Shown: positions 48,431 to 59,221, counted from the first letter of the stretch. The stretch: DNA of 64,000 nt from Fibrobacterota bacterium (GCA_947466585.1 CANIEU010000001.1:48414-112413); one strand, 5' to 3'. Notes: generated by a model from the letters alone, not told the origin. Numbers and translations: made by a program.

Positions 48431-49957
48431 ATGAGAAAGCCCTTTTTGCGCGGTTTCAGGCACTTCTCCCCGTTCTCGCGGGTTTCAGCCCCGCTCGCGG
48501 TGCTGGCGCTCGGCGCTTGCATTTTTTCCCCCGATCCGCCCCCCAAACACCCCTACCCTGCGGTGGAATCCACCGCCTACGACACGGTGACCACGACCGC
48601 CGCTGCGACGGTGGTGGTCGAAATGTTCGAACCGTATCGCAACGCCTCCCTCGCTGCGGGTGCGCAATCCGACCTGGCCCTGGGCTATCCGGTGCGCGTG
48701 AAGGAACACGGAACGGGACGTGTGATCGAGTACCGTCCCAGCCAGCGCGGTTACGGGACCTGGAGCCCCGAACTCGAACGGCAGCTGCACCTGTTTTTAC
48801 TGCGCGGGTTTTTTCTGCACGCAGGCGTATTTGAAGACACCGCTGGCCTCGGGACGATCGACTCGCTGTACGCGCGGGCGGCGCGCTCCGATACGCACAC
48901 GCGCCGCATCGACTCCGCGCACGCAGCCGAGTACAAAAGCCTGAGCCGCACCACCGTGCGCCCGCGCGTGATCGGCATCCAGATCCGGTTGAATGATACC
49001 GAAGACACCGTCTTTCTCGACATGGTCGCCCCCGGCTCCCCCGCCTACAACGCCGGACTCCGCCGCAACATGGCGGTGCTCGCCATCAACGACAGCAGCA
49101 TCACCGGTGACTCCGCCTTTTATCGCTTCGTGCGTTTCGTGGATGCGGACACAGTGCACGCGAAGTTCACCGTACTCACTTCCACGGGACCAGTCACCCA
49201 AACCATGACGCGCGATACGGTGAGTTTCCCGACGGTGGTGGCCGACAGCATTGGGGGCGCGGGCTACATCTCCATTTACTCATTCACCCAAACCACGGTA
49301 AACGGCGGGTCCACCGCCTCGGAATTCGCAAAGGCGCTGGAGGCCACGCGCCGCTTTCCGGCCACCGTACTCGACCTGCGCGGCAATGGAGGCGGCAGCC
49401 TGGGCGTGGTGCTGCAAATGTGCGATGCGATCATGTCACAAGGCGTGATCATCCGTTTGATCGAACGCAATCTCGAGGGCGGAGCCTCCGTGCGCACCGA
49501 ATCCGCCTATCGTGCGAGCGCGGGCGGCAAGGATGAGGGACGCTCCTTTGTACTGTTGGCCGACAGCGGTTCCGCCAGCGCATCGGAAATCTTCATCGCC
49601 GCTTTGCGCGACAACCTGAACACCCCCTTCGTGGGAACGCATACCTACGGCAAAGGTGTGGGACAGGCGTCTTTCGATACTCCCGGCGGCGAGGTCGCGA
49701 TCATGACTTACGGGACCACACTCACGGCCAACCGGCTCGACTACAACGGGACGGGACTTCTGCCCACGATTCCCTCGTCTGCGAAACCCGACGCACAGTT
49801 ACTGGAAGCCGTGAACGTCGCCGTGCCGGGTGCGCTCCCGCGCCGCGCTGCCTCCGGTTACGCACGCCGCGATACGCAAAATGCCGGACTCATCGACTGG
49901 AACCGGCAACAGGCGCTGCGGCCCGATGTATTGGAGTGGAGAACCTACGGCCGGTAA
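48431..49957 (+). CDS. S41-family C-terminal processing peptidase (tail-specific protease-like), secreted
   Basis: LDLRGNGGGSLGVVLQMCDAI and ADSGSASASEIFIAALRD S41 catalytic region. Confidence 0.7.
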   Translation: MRKPFLRGFRHFSPFSRVSAPLAVLALGACIFSPDPPPKHPYPAVESTAYDTVTTTAAATVVVEMFEPYRNASLAAGAQSDLALGYPVRVKEHGTGRVIEYRPSQRGYGTWSPELERQLHLFLLRGFFLHAGVFEDTAGLGTIDSLYARAARSDTHTRRIDSAHAAEYKSLSRTTVRPRVIGIQIRLNDTEDTVFLDMVAPGSPAYNAGLRRNMAVLAINDSSITGDSAFYRFVRFVDADTVHAKFTVLTSTGPVTQTMTRDTVSFPTVVADSIGGAGYISIYSFTQTTVNGGSTASEFAKALEATRRFPATVLDLRGNGGGSLGVVLQMCDAIMSQGVIIRLIERNLEGGASVRTESAYRASAGGKDEGRSFVLLADSGSASASEIFIAALRDNLNTPFVGTHTYGKGVGQASFDTPGGEVAIMTYGTTLTANRLDYNGTGLLPTIPSSAKPDAQLLEAVNVAVPGALPRRAASGYARRDTQNAGLIDWNRQQALRPDVLEWRTYGR

Positions 49958-51108
49958 AAGCGTTCGATGATTCCCGCGAATGCGGCAATGCCTGTGGCCA
50001 TGGCGGCATCGTTGAAATCGAAGCGCGGGTTGTGCAAACCGCCGCGCTCCATGCCGAGCCCGAGCCAGAAGTAGGCGCCGGGAACCTGCTGCAGGAAGTA
50101 CGAGAAATCTTCGCCGCCCATGCTGGGAGGCACGCTGCGCAGGCATCCATCTCCGAGGGCCGCGCGCAAGCCTTCGCGCGCGAGGGCCGCCATGGCCGGA
50201 TCATTGATGGTGGCCGGGCAGGCCTCCACCCACTCGATCGACGACGCGATGCCCAAACCCGATGCCGTGTGTGCGAGGAGCGCTTCAAGATCGGCGCGCA
50301 GTGTGTCGCGCAAGGCGGGATTCAAGGTTCGCAACGTGCCGCGGAGAAGCACCGTCTCGGGAATCACGTTATAGGTTTTGCCTGCGGCGACGTGACCGAA
50401 GGTCAACACGGCAGCGTCGAGCGGCGAAGCGCGGCGGCTCACGAGCGTTTGCGCCGCCGTGATCAGCGAGGCGGCGGCCACCACGGGGTCCCGAGCCAGG
50501 TGCGGCATGGCACCGTGACCGCCCACACCTTTTAAAATGATGTCGAAATTGTCGACCGCAGCCATGATGGCCGTGTCGGGAATGGCGAGCGTACCGATGG
50601 GCAACTCGGGCCAGCCGTGCAACGCGAAGATCGCCGCGACTTCGGGATTTTTCAGAACGCCTTCGCGAATCAGGAACGGAGCGCCGAGACCGGTCTCTTC
50701 GGCGGGCTGAAAAATCAGTTTGATGGCGCCGGGATAATGCTTTTTATTTTCGGCCAACCAGCGCGCCACGCCGAGCAACACCGCCATATGCCCGTCGTGC
50801 CCGCAAGCGTGCATCACGCCCGCATGCTCCGAAGACCAAGCGACACCGGACTCTTCGCGCAATGGCAAGGCATCCATATCGGCACGCAAGGCGATGCAGG
50901 GGCCATCGGCCGCACCGGGCCAGGTCGCCACCACGCCCATATGTCCGTCGAAGGTCTGCGGCGCGTAACCGAGCATCTTAAGGGCGGCGACCACCGCATC
51001 GCGGGTAGTGAATTCGACGCCGCTGAGTTCGGGATGACGATGAAAACCGTGACGGGTTTCACTGCAGTCAGCCGCGATGGTCTCAAGGGTTTGGAATGCG
51101 GGCTTCAT
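49945..51108 (-). CDS. M20D amidohydrolase (N-acyl-amino acid amidohydrolase / hippurate hydrolase type)
   Basis: MHACGHDGHMAVLLGVARWLAE metal-binding motif; start at MKPAFQTLE. Confidence 0.8.
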   Translation of the reverse strand: MKPAFQTLETIAADCSETRHGFHRHPELSGVEFTTRDAVVAALKMLGYAPQTFDGHMGVVATWPGAADGPCIALRADMDALPLREESGVAWSSEHAGVMHACGHDGHMAVLLGVARWLAENKKHYPGAIKLIFQPAEETGLGAPFLIREGVLKNPEVAAIFALHGWPELPIGTLAIPDTAIMAAVDNFDIILKGVGGHGAMPHLARDPVVAAASLITAAQTLVSRRASPLDAAVLTFGHVAAGKTYNVIPETVLLRGTLRTLNPALRDTLRADLEALLAHTASGLGIASSIEWVEACPATINDPAMAALAREGLRAALGDGCLRSVPPSMGGEDFSYFLQQVPGAYFWLGLGMERGGLHNPRFDFNDAAMATGIAAFAGIIERFYRP

Positions 51109-51145
51109 GAAAACTCTCTCGGGTTGGGGAACCGGATCGAAATGC

Positions 51146-52066
51146 TTACAGGGTGCGTGAGGTCGGCAGCAGGAAGGGCATCGGATCGACGCGGTCGCCG
51201 CGGATCCGCATTTCAAAATGCAAATGCGGGCCCGTTGTGGCACCGCTTTGCCCGATCCACCCGAGAAGTTCGCCGCGCGCCACGCTGCGTCCCGCCGTCA
51301 CATTGAGGCCTTCCAAGTGGGCGTAAAAGGTTTCGGCGCGTTCGTTGTGGCGAATGCGGACATAATAGCCCCACACCGGATCGTTCCCCGCCCCCACTAC
51401 CAGACCTCCGCCGGCGGCGTGCACGGGCGCTCCGGGAGGCAGGCTGAAATCAACACCGGGATGGAGGCTTTTACGCCCCGTGAAGGGGTCGCGCGCGGGA
51501 CCGAAGCCGCGCGTTACGATCACTGGCCCAGCCACGGGGGATGCTGTCGGCAGGAGCGCCGCCACATCCGCGTCGCGGGTGAGCACGAAAAGAGTGGAAT
51601 CCATGAAGTGCGACATGACCCGCACCGCCGCCAAGGGCCGCGCCACGTCACGGGCGCGCGGAACGCCCGCCGACAGGCCCGTGAACCGCAACAGGCCTCC
51701 CAAGCGCGCGTTCTGCGTTTCTCCGTCCGCTTCTTCTTCGCCCTTTTGCGGTTCGAGACCCGAGGAGATCACCACCCCGATGCGCACCGATTCGAGACTG
51801 TCGAGATTGCGACGCAAATCCCCGATCTCATTCTGAAGTTGCGAAGTCTTTTGATTGAGTGCGGAGGTTTCCCGCTCCAGCTTGGCGCGCTCCATGCGGC
51901 GCCCGGGATTTTCGCGCATCTTGCCGCTGAACACGAGCCAAAATCCCAATAGACAGAGGGGCAAAGCGGCTACCAATGCGGCGATTCCCAGGCGCCGCGA
52001 AAACACGATGGCGCGCACGCGCGACGCATCGCGGGGGAAGAAATAAATGCGGATCTTGTTATCCAT
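51146..52066 (-). CDS. M23 (LytM-domain) peptidase, membrane-anchored
   Basis: YYVRIRHNERAETFYAHLEGLNVTAGRSVARGELLGWIGQSGATTGPHLHFEMR HxxxD/HxH motifs. Confidence 0.8.
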   Translation of the reverse strand: MDNKIRIYFFPRDASRVRAIVFSRRLGIAALVAALPLCLLGFWLVFSGKMRENPGRRMERAKLERETSALNQKTSQLQNEIGDLRRNLDSLESVRIGVVISSGLEPQKGEEEADGETQNARLGGLLRFTGLSAGVPRARDVARPLAAVRVMSHFMDSTLFVLTRDADVAALLPTASPVAGPVIVTRGFGPARDPFTGRKSLHPGVDFSLPPGAPVHAAGGGLVVGAGNDPVWGYYVRIRHNERAETFYAHLEGLNVTAGRSVARGELLGWIGQSGATTGPHLHFEMRIRGDRVDPMPFLLPTSRTL

Positions 52067-52158
52067 AAAAAGGTCCCGCTCCCTGCGGGGCAAGCGGAAA
52101 TTGCACGGAGGGTGTGCGGAAGGAGCGCATCGGTGCGCGGGCGGAAATCAATCCGAAA

Positions 52159-52494
52159 TCAGCGTGCGGCTTTCTGGGTCGCCTTCGCCTCTTTCGCGGC
52201 TTTGGCATCGGCGAGACGGGTTTCCAATTGTGCGATTTCACGCTTGTGGGCGGCGGCCTCGATCTGCAATTCGGTGATCCCGGGGCGCTGAGCGAATGTT
52301 TCGATCGTGCCTTCGCCGAGGGCACGATGCGCCTCCTTGCCGAGGGCGGTGAAGGTGCGCTCCAGTTTGCGCCGCGCAGCCATCAAATCCAGATGCAGTT
52401 TCCCGGTGCGGGCCGCATCTTCGATGCGCGCTGCCGAGGATTGGGCGCCGGTGAGAACCCGGGTTTTCAAACGGTCCAGAAAAGTGTAGTCCAT
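52159..52494 (-). CDS. Hypothetical coiled-coil protein upstream of M23 peptidase gene
   Basis: 111-aa ORF, Ala/Lys/Glu-rich helical. Confidence 0.35.
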   Translation of the reverse strand: MDYTFLDRLKTRVLTGAQSSAARIEDAARTGKLHLDLMAARRKLERTFTALGKEAHRALGEGTIETFAQRPGITELQIEAAAHKREIAQLETRLADAKAAKEAKATQKAAR

Positions 52495-52692
52495 GTGAAA
52501 ATCTCCCGAGGCTCACGTTGGGCGCGCCTGATAACAGTATCAACCCGTTCGGTATGCCCGCCTCAAACTCGACGGCTGCATGATTCCGAAACAGGCGAAA
52601 ATGCATTGTCCGGCAATCTAGCAAGTTCCGGGGATTTGGTATCTTCCTAGCCTCGTTATCTCCAAAAATCGGGGATTACGGTCCTAAAAAGG

Positions 52693-54066
52693 GTGCCCAT
52701 GTCAGAATTGGCAGATTTGAAACCATCCCCGGAAATTCCGGAAGGAAAACCGGGCAACACTCGTCGCGCGGGCCGCACCCGCCGCTTGGGTGGCACCTTC
52801 TTGCGCGAGTTTGTGATTCCGGTCGCACTCGCGCTGGTATTCATCCAATTCGCCGTACAGGCCTTTAAGATTCCCTCGGCTTCCATGGAAAACTCGCTGC
52901 GCATCGGCGATTTTCTGTTGGGCTTGAAATTCGTCTACGGTTCGCCGATCCCATTCACCGATAAACGTCTGCCCGCATTCACCGAACCGAAACCCGGAGA
53001 CGTGCTGATTTTCCGTTACCCCGGCGATCCGCAATATCCCGAGGGTAAACCCGAGCGCTACGCATTCGTGGCCAATCTCTTCCTCTTCGGCAATCTCTAT
53101 TGGGACCGCACGCCGGCGGCTGATCAGCAACGCCTGGTCTGGTACGCACCCAAAGACTTCATCAAACGCGCCGTCGCGCAAAGCGGGCAAACCCTCGACG
53201 TCGAAGGCGCCACGCTCCGCATCGACGGCAAGCCCGCGCAGCTCCCGCGCGAAGGATTGTACGCCGCCGGCACGGGCGAGACGCGCGCGTTCGATCCCGT
53301 GCGCGACCGTTTGCATGTCTACCTGCCGAAGCCGGGTGAGACGGTCGCTTTCGATACGCTCTCGCTCAAGGAAGTGGCTTGGTACCGTTCGCTCGCCATT
53401 CAGGAGCACCCCGGCAGCACAGTGGAACTGCGCCTCGACCTCGCCCGCGGAGGCGCGCCTGCCAACGACTTCGTGATGCCTCTCGTGCGCGGTGACGTGC
53501 GCAGCGGCACGCAGCAAATGGCTTTGTACCTGCTCGGCTATCGACTCGATCAGGCGCCCGGCGCCGCCGGCGACGAGCTGCGGGCCCACGATGTGCCTTT
53601 CGCGCGCGTGCAGGAGCTGGCCCGCACCGGTTTCGTGCGCGCCAACGACTTCATGGCTCCGGGATCAATGGCCCCGTCGGGCCTAATGCAACGCGTCTCC
53701 CACATGTACTCGCGCGAAGAGTTCGCCGAATATTATTTGGGCAACGCCCTCGACCTGATCGGGGAAAACCTGCACGCCCTCGACACCACCCTGCGCGTGC
53801 ACGCCACGCTCGTGATCGACGGCAAGGCCTCCGATCGTTACACCGTGCAAAAAACGGTGTACTTCATGATGGGCGACAACCGGGACAACTCTTCCGACAG
53901 CCGCTACTGGGGTTTCCTCTCTCGCAACAACGTGAAGGCCAAGGCCCTCATCATCTATTACTCCTTCGAGAACGACAACAGCTCGTTCTCCTTTGCGAAC
54001 CCGCTCAGCTGGTTGACCGTTCCTTTCAAAATCCGGTGGACGCGACTCGGCCGCATCATCGAATGA
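52693..54066 (+). CDS. lepB: Signal peptidase I with large insertion
   Basis: KIPSASMENSLRIGD (Ser box), GDNRDNSSDSRYWGF box E. Confidence 0.85.
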   Translation: MPMSELADLKPSPEIPEGKPGNTRRAGRTRRLGGTFLREFVIPVALALVFIQFAVQAFKIPSASMENSLRIGDFLLGLKFVYGSPIPFTDKRLPAFTEPKPGDVLIFRYPGDPQYPEGKPERYAFVANLFLFGNLYWDRTPAADQQRLVWYAPKDFIKRAVAQSGQTLDVEGATLRIDGKPAQLPREGLYAAGTGETRAFDPVRDRLHVYLPKPGETVAFDTLSLKEVAWYRSLAIQEHPGSTVELRLDLARGGAPANDFVMPLVRGDVRSGTQQMALYLLGYRLDQAPGAAGDELRAHDVPFARVQELARTGFVRANDFMAPGSMAPSGLMQRVSHMYSREEFAEYYLGNALDLIGENLHALDTTLRVHATLVIDGKASDRYTVQKTVYFMMGDNRDNSSDSRYWGFLSRNNVKAKALIIYYSFENDNSSFSFANPLSWLTVPFKIRWTRLGRIIE

Positions 54067-55841
54067 GCACTTCTCTTCCGCGGACCGCCCGACTCCTCGG
54101 GATTGCTTGCGCGATCGGGTTCGCGATCGGATTCGGCACTCGCTGCGCGCATGTGGAACCACCCTCCGGCGGCCCCGTGGACGCAACGCCGCCGGCGGTG
54201 ATCGCGGTGTACCCGGCACCCGGGGCACTCAACGTGCCACGCGACGCCCGCGCCGTCTTCCAGTTCGACGAGTGGATCGACCGCTTTGCCGCACGCAACC
54301 AGGTGATGGTCTCTCCGCCCTACCGCACCCGCACGCATATTGAAGTCGATGGCGATCGCTTGCTGGTGCTACCTCCCGGTGGCGAAGGTCTTCGCGCCAA
54401 TACCACGCATGTGTTGACCGTACTCAGCACCTTGAAAGACTTGCATAGCAACGCGCTCGGGCGCGAGTTCACCCTGCGCTTTTCAACCGGGCCGCAGCTC
54501 GATTCCGCGGGTCTGAGCGGCACGCTTAGCGCCGACTCGCGGCGCGGTCGCTTGATGGCGGCTTTGTACCCCGTCACCGCCGACTCCACGTCGAAACCCT
54601 GGAGCGATCTGCCCGCGTGGCTGGCTGCCGCCGATTCGGCGGGCCGCTTCCGTGCCGAAGGGTCGCCGGTGGGCGACTACGCACTCTTCGCATTCGAGGA
54701 CGTGAACGGAAACTTCGCATTCGACGCAGGTTTCGAAAACGCGGCTACCGGAGCCACCCGCATCCCCCTGCGTCCGCGCGGACCTGACCAGTCGCTGCGT
54801 CTAACCGCGCTCGACACCTTGCCGCTGCGCATCGCGCAGGCTTCGTTCGAGTCGGACCTTGCGCCCGAAGATTCAGCCAAACCCACTCCGGACTATTTGC
54901 CGGGCACGGTGGCCATCCAATTCACACGCAACGCCCACCCGTTGCGCGCCGCCGAAGCCGCGCGGTACCGCATTCTTCCCGACTCCGGCGCTCCCCTGCC
55001 GGTGCGTTCGGTCAGTTGGAGCCCCACGCGCAACGTGTGGGTTTTGGAAACCCCGCCGCTGCGTGCGAACAAACCCTACCGCGTGGAACTGCGCGGACGC
55101 CCCGATTTTCCCGGACGTCCCGGTCTGACGGTGGAGGCATCCGGAGGACTCGATACCTCGGTGATCTTCCTTGCGGAACGCGCCCCCAAGCCGGCGGAGT
55201 GGAGTTTGCTTGCAATACGGGCCGCCGGCACCACCGGCCCCTCGGGACTGCCTCAAATCGCAACCGCGCTCATCCCCGGAAGCCGTTTGTTCTTTACCAG
55301 TAACCTGCCGCTCACCGAAACGCGCTGGTCCCTGCTCGAAAAGAACCTCTCCGCCCGCTTCTCGGGAGACACGGTGCCGGTGGCGGCGCGCGTGCGGCGC
55401 GCGGACAACCTGACCTTCGCTCTTGATCTCTCGCGCCCGCTGCGCGCCGGGGGCGGGCTCGAACTCAAACTGCTTGGCTCCCCGGGAGACTCGACTCCGC
55501 CGAAGGGATTGTTCGGCGGCCGCACGACGGATTCGTCTCAGAGCGGTTCCGTGCGGTTTTCCGCAGCGACTGCGAACGGAAAAACCTTCTGGTTGCGTTC
55601 CCATTCCGAGTTGGCGCCAAACGAATTCACCTTGCTGCGTGCGGGCGACAGCCTCAAAGCCGTCGCCCTACCGTCGGGCCGTTACCGCTTGTTCGCCTTT
55701 CAGGATCGCGACGGCGACGGCGTCTGGGACGCGGGCGCCCTCCGTCCATGGATCGCCCAGGAACCGTTCGAATCGCTGCTGGATTCGGTGACCGTGATGC
55801 CCGGAGAAGGCGTGGACGTGACCGGGCGTTTGAAGAAGTAA
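54063..55841 (+). CDS. Lipoprotein with Big_5/SbsA-type Ig-like domains
   Basis: ATPPAVIAVYPAPGALNVPRDARAVFQFDEWID Big_5-like module; ATGA-coupled to lepB. Confidence 0.5.
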   Translation: MSTSLPRTARLLGIACAIGFAIGFGTRCAHVEPPSGGPVDATPPAVIAVYPAPGALNVPRDARAVFQFDEWIDRFAARNQVMVSPPYRTRTHIEVDGDRLLVLPPGGEGLRANTTHVLTVLSTLKDLHSNALGREFTLRFSTGPQLDSAGLSGTLSADSRRGRLMAALYPVTADSTSKPWSDLPAWLAAADSAGRFRAEGSPVGDYALFAFEDVNGNFAFDAGFENAATGATRIPLRPRGPDQSLRLTALDTLPLRIAQASFESDLAPEDSAKPTPDYLPGTVAIQFTRNAHPLRAAEAARYRILPDSGAPLPVRSVSWSPTRNVWVLETPPLRANKPYRVELRGRPDFPGRPGLTVEASGGLDTSVIFLAERAPKPAEWSLLAIRAAGTTGPSGLPQIATALIPGSRLFFTSNLPLTETRWSLLEKNLSARFSGDTVPVAARVRRADNLTFALDLSRPLRAGGGLELKLLGSPGDSTPPKGLFGGRTTDSSQSGSVRFSAATANGKTFWLRSHSELAPNEFTLLRAGDSLKAVALPSGRYRLFAFQDRDGDGVWDAGALRPWIAQEPFESLLDSVTVMPGEGVDVTGRLKK

Positions 55842-55900
55842 GGCCGACCTCCCGGTTTTTTGTCACCGATCATCTTTCCGCATTTCTAATTTCCCCCTCC

Positions 55901-56410
55901 ATGGACGGCGGTTTCATTTCCTTGGCTTCCAGTCTCGAACGCGAGACCTTGGAGCGGCTTGAGAAGTATCTCTCGAGCCGTGGCACGCCGTGTTGGGTGG
56001 GCGCCACCGGAGAGGACTCCGACCGCTTCGCGCTCTTCGTGCATGAGGCCGATGCCGGAACCGCCCGCCGGGTGCTGCAGGATATCGTCCTCCCCGAAAG
56101 CGCGGAAGAACCGGCCGAGGAAGTGGTCGAGATTCGGTGCAATCCCGAAGAACGCGACGCCATCGCCTCCTGGCTGCAATCCCTGCTCGAAGAGCAGGAC
56201 GAAGAGGGCACCCAGGTCTTTTTCTATCGCGGGCATTACGAGCAAGCGCTCGATGCGCTGTTGGCGGAATCGCGTGCTGAAATTCCCGTGTTTCTGCTGC
56301 GCGGTTTGCACGCCTTCCTTCCCGAAGAATCGCGCCGCTTGATGATGAGCCCCGCCCTGCGGGAATTTTTCGAACTCATCGATGTGGTGAGCGAAGAAAA
56401 TGATGAATGA
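55901..56410 (+). CDS. Acidic hypothetical protein
   Basis: ORF 55748..56410 frame from MDGGFISL; no family recognised. Confidence 0.35.
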   Translation: MDGGFISLASSLERETLERLEKYLSSRGTPCWVGATGEDSDRFALFVHEADAGTARRVLQDIVLPESAEEPAEEVVEIRCNPEERDAIASWLQSLLEEQDEEGTQVFFYRGHYEQALDALLAESRAEIPVFLLRGLHAFLPEESRRLMMSPALREFFELIDVVSEENDE

Positions 56411-56474
56411 GAAATGGGCATCGAGTTCATTCCCTGACCTCCATCGCTCTTTTCATTAACTCCCTATTTTCCGT

Positions 56475-56504
56475 TCTGATTTCTCATTTCTCATTTCTGA
56501 AATT
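56475..56504. repeat. Tandem heptamers tctgatttctcatttctcatttctg, reverse-orientation relative of the 6087-6112 repeat, just upstream of a + strand gene
   Basis: read directly. Confidence 0.55.
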
Positions 56505-56509
56505 CCCCC

Positions 56510-59221
56510 ATGCTGACTTCCTTCGTCGCCGTCGATACCGAAACCACGGGCCTCGATTTCGAACACGATCACGTGATTGAACTGGCGGCAGTGCGCTTTG
56601 AAAACGGAAAGCCCGTCGCCGACTTCACCGCCCTGATCGCTCCCGGCGACCGCGCGCTCTCGCCGGTATCGCGCCTGATCACCGGACTCACCGATGCGGA
56701 ACTGGATACCGCCCCGCCGGCCGAAGAGACCTGGCGCGCCTTCCTCGCCTTCGTCGGCGAAACGCCGCTCGTGGCGCACAACGCGGAGTTCGACGCGCAT
56801 TTCGTCGGCAAGTCGCTCACGGCCGCCGGGCTTCCCCTGCCGCCGGGCGTGTGGGTGGATTCGCTGCTGCTCACACGCGTCGCTTGGCCGATGTGGGACA
56901 GCCACCGCCTCGATTCGCTGGCCGAACGCTTGCAGGTTCCCCGCGACGCCGAGCATCGCGCCCTCCCCGACGCCCGCCGTGCGGGGTATGTTTTCGACGC
57001 CGCCCAACACGCACTGCGCAACCACCTGTCGCCACAGGGTTGGAGCGACCTTACCCGCCTTGCAGAGACTCTTCCCGATTGGTGCACCGTGTTCCACGGC
57101 GCCAGCCCTTCCGAAGGCGCGTCTCCGGTAGGAGAGCATGACCGGCCCCAGGGTGTTCCATCCGCGCCGTTTGCAGAGGATACCGATGCAGGCGTGAGCG
57201 CAGGGGCGGAAGATGCGGACGAAGCCCTCGCGGACGCACTGCAACACGAAGGTTGGTTGGCGCTTGAGATTCCGCCGCGCGTGGAAGAACATGCCGCGGG
57301 CCTGCGCGCGGCATGCGCCGCCGCGAAAACCGGACAACGCGTGTTACTCGCAGTCCCCGATCTGTTTGCCTGGAATGCGCTGCGGAAATCCCTCGCATCC
57401 CTCACATCCTTTTCAACCGAATTGCAAAATGTTCGCTGCGTCGCGCTGGCTCATCCTTCGGGATATCTCAGTCGCACCCGCCTGCGGGAGCTCCTCGACG
57501 ATCCCGCACGCATCCCGGCCGAAGAACGCGCCGCCCTGCTGCCTCTGGTAGCCTGGGCCGACCGCAATCCCGATGGACCGGTTGCGGACGGGCGGGGGTT
57601 CTCACCCGAACGCGCGCGCCTCACCTGGTCTCGGGTTTGTTGCGACACCTGGGCAGACGACGCCTCCGCCCGCAACGCGCGCGAGGAGGCGGCGCATGCC
57701 GGTGTGATTCTGGTCACGCATGCCACGCTTTGTGCCCACCTCGCTTCAGAAGGCGCGCTGTTGCCGGCTTGCGACTCGCTGATCGTGACGGGCGCGCACC
57801 GTTTGCCCGAAACCCTCCAGTCTCCCGCCGGGGCCGGGCGCGCGGTCTCGCTGTCGCGCTTGCGTGAAATATTGCAGATGCTGCGCGCGGCGCCGGAGAG
57901 TGCTACTGTCAGCACTTCGGACGGTGCAGCGAACGGTGATGCCTGGTTCGAGCCCGAACGACAGCTGCTGAAGTTTCTTCAGAACGCCGGACGTCACGCC
58001 ATGCGGCAACGACCGCACGGCGACTTCCGTGTGGCCTACACCGAGCCGGCGCTCGCGGCTTTGGGTGCCGACCCAACGCCGGTGCTGGAAGCCTTGCAGG
58101 CCGACCTTGACTATCTGTCGAATCCTGTCACCGCCACAACCACCGGAATGCCTGAAGAGGCCGCGAGAGCGGAACGGCAACGCCTAAGCGCACGTTTGGC
58201 TGCGTTCCGCAACGACTTCGCGGCGTTGTGCGAAGCGGCCCGGCACGCGTTTGCCAGCGGTACGGGCTCGACCGGAAACGTCTATTGGATGGAGGACGGA
58301 TCCAATCCGCCCAAAGCCTCGTTACGATCGGCGCCGGTATCCGGTGAGCTCTTCGGCGAGACGCTGCGCGGGCTGTTCGGTGCTGGGGTCTTCCTTTCCC
58401 CCGCCCTGATCGCGGGCACGCATCCTGCGCGCGATGCGCGCTTCGTGCTGGAAGCGATCGGGATTGCGGTATCGGGACACGAAACGGATTCCCAGGATGC
58501 GCCGCTCGTTGTGCGCCGCATTTCTGACCGCACGCTGCAAGACGGCGCACCACATTTCCTGATGACGCCCGGTGCTCCGTTTTTAGGGACCGGCGAACAG
58601 GCCGAAGAGTTCGCGCGTTTTTTCGCCGAGGCGGCGCTTCCGTTCACGGCACAGGGCGTGCGCGTATTCTGCCCTTCGCAAACCGCTCTGCGCGCTCTCT
58701 ATGGTGCGCTCCGGCGACTCGTTCCCGAAGGTACGCCTTTGTGGGCGCAGCATCTCGATGGCAACCGCGACGCGATTCTGAGACTTTATGCTTCGGGGCG
58801 CGGCGGCATCGTGCTGACCGCAGAAGGGCTTCCCGGTTTGCGCGACCTCGACGGCAAGGAGCCCGCACTGTGGGCCGTGACGCGCATGCCCTTGCCGCCG
58901 CCGCGCGATCCTTTGCTCGAGGCGCGCGGCGAGGCGCTGTGCGAAGCGGGAGGAAACGCAAAACTTGATCTGTGGCAACCCGCCGCGATTCTGCGCCTCA
59001 AGCGAGACTGGTCCGTTTTCCGCAGCGCGGAAGCCACCGAAGGGACGAAGGTCATTTGGTTGCTCGACGGGCGCGCCGCGGCAGAAGGCCTCGGCAGCCG
59101 CTTTGCCGGGGCGCTGGGCCTCGAAGCGGTTGCCCCGAAAGACCTTGCGGATTTGCAGACGCGCACCGCCGAAGCGGTGCCCGGATCGGCTTTTCGACCC
59201 CTCTCCCAAGGGTTATCTTGA
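56510..59221 (+). CDS. dinG: DnaQ-like DEDDh 3'-5' exonuclease domain fused to a DinG/Rad3-like helicase-related domain with degenerate ATPase motifs
   Basis: Exo I FVAVDTETTGLDFEHDHVIELAAV, Exo II VAHNAEFDAHFV; downstream LIVTGAHRLPE in place of DEAH box and no GxGKT Walker A. Confidence 0.6.
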   Translation: MLTSFVAVDTETTGLDFEHDHVIELAAVRFENGKPVADFTALIAPGDRALSPVSRLITGLTDAELDTAPPAEETWRAFLAFVGETPLVAHNAEFDAHFVGKSLTAAGLPLPPGVWVDSLLLTRVAWPMWDSHRLDSLAERLQVPRDAEHRALPDARRAGYVFDAAQHALRNHLSPQGWSDLTRLAETLPDWCTVFHGASPSEGASPVGEHDRPQGVPSAPFAEDTDAGVSAGAEDADEALADALQHEGWLALEIPPRVEEHAAGLRAACAAAKTGQRVLLAVPDLFAWNALRKSLASLTSFSTELQNVRCVALAHPSGYLSRTRLRELLDDPARIPAEERAALLPLVAWADRNPDGPVADGRGFSPERARLTWSRVCCDTWADDASARNAREEAAHAGVILVTHATLCAHLASEGALLPACDSLIVTGAHRLPETLQSPAGAGRAVSLSRLREILQMLRAAPESATVSTSDGAANGDAWFEPERQLLKFLQNAGRHAMRQRPHGDFRVAYTEPALAALGADPTPVLEALQADLDYLSNPVTATTTGMPEEAARAERQRLSARLAAFRNDFAALCEAARHAFASGTGSTGNVYWMEDGSNPPKASLRSAPVSGELFGETLRGLFGAGVFLSPALIAGTHPARDARFVLEAIGIAVSGHETDSQDAPLVVRRISDRTLQDGAPHFLMTPGAPFLGTGEQAEEFARFFAEAALPFTAQGVRVFCPSQTALRALYGALRRLVPEGTPLWAQHLDGNRDAILRLYASGRGGIVLTAEGLPGLRDLDGKEPALWAVTRMPLPPPRDPLLEARGEALCEAGGNAKLDLWQPAAILRLKRDWSVFRSAEATEGTKVIWLLDGRAAAEGLGSRFAGALGLEAVAPKDLADLQTRTAEAVPGSAFRPLSQGLS

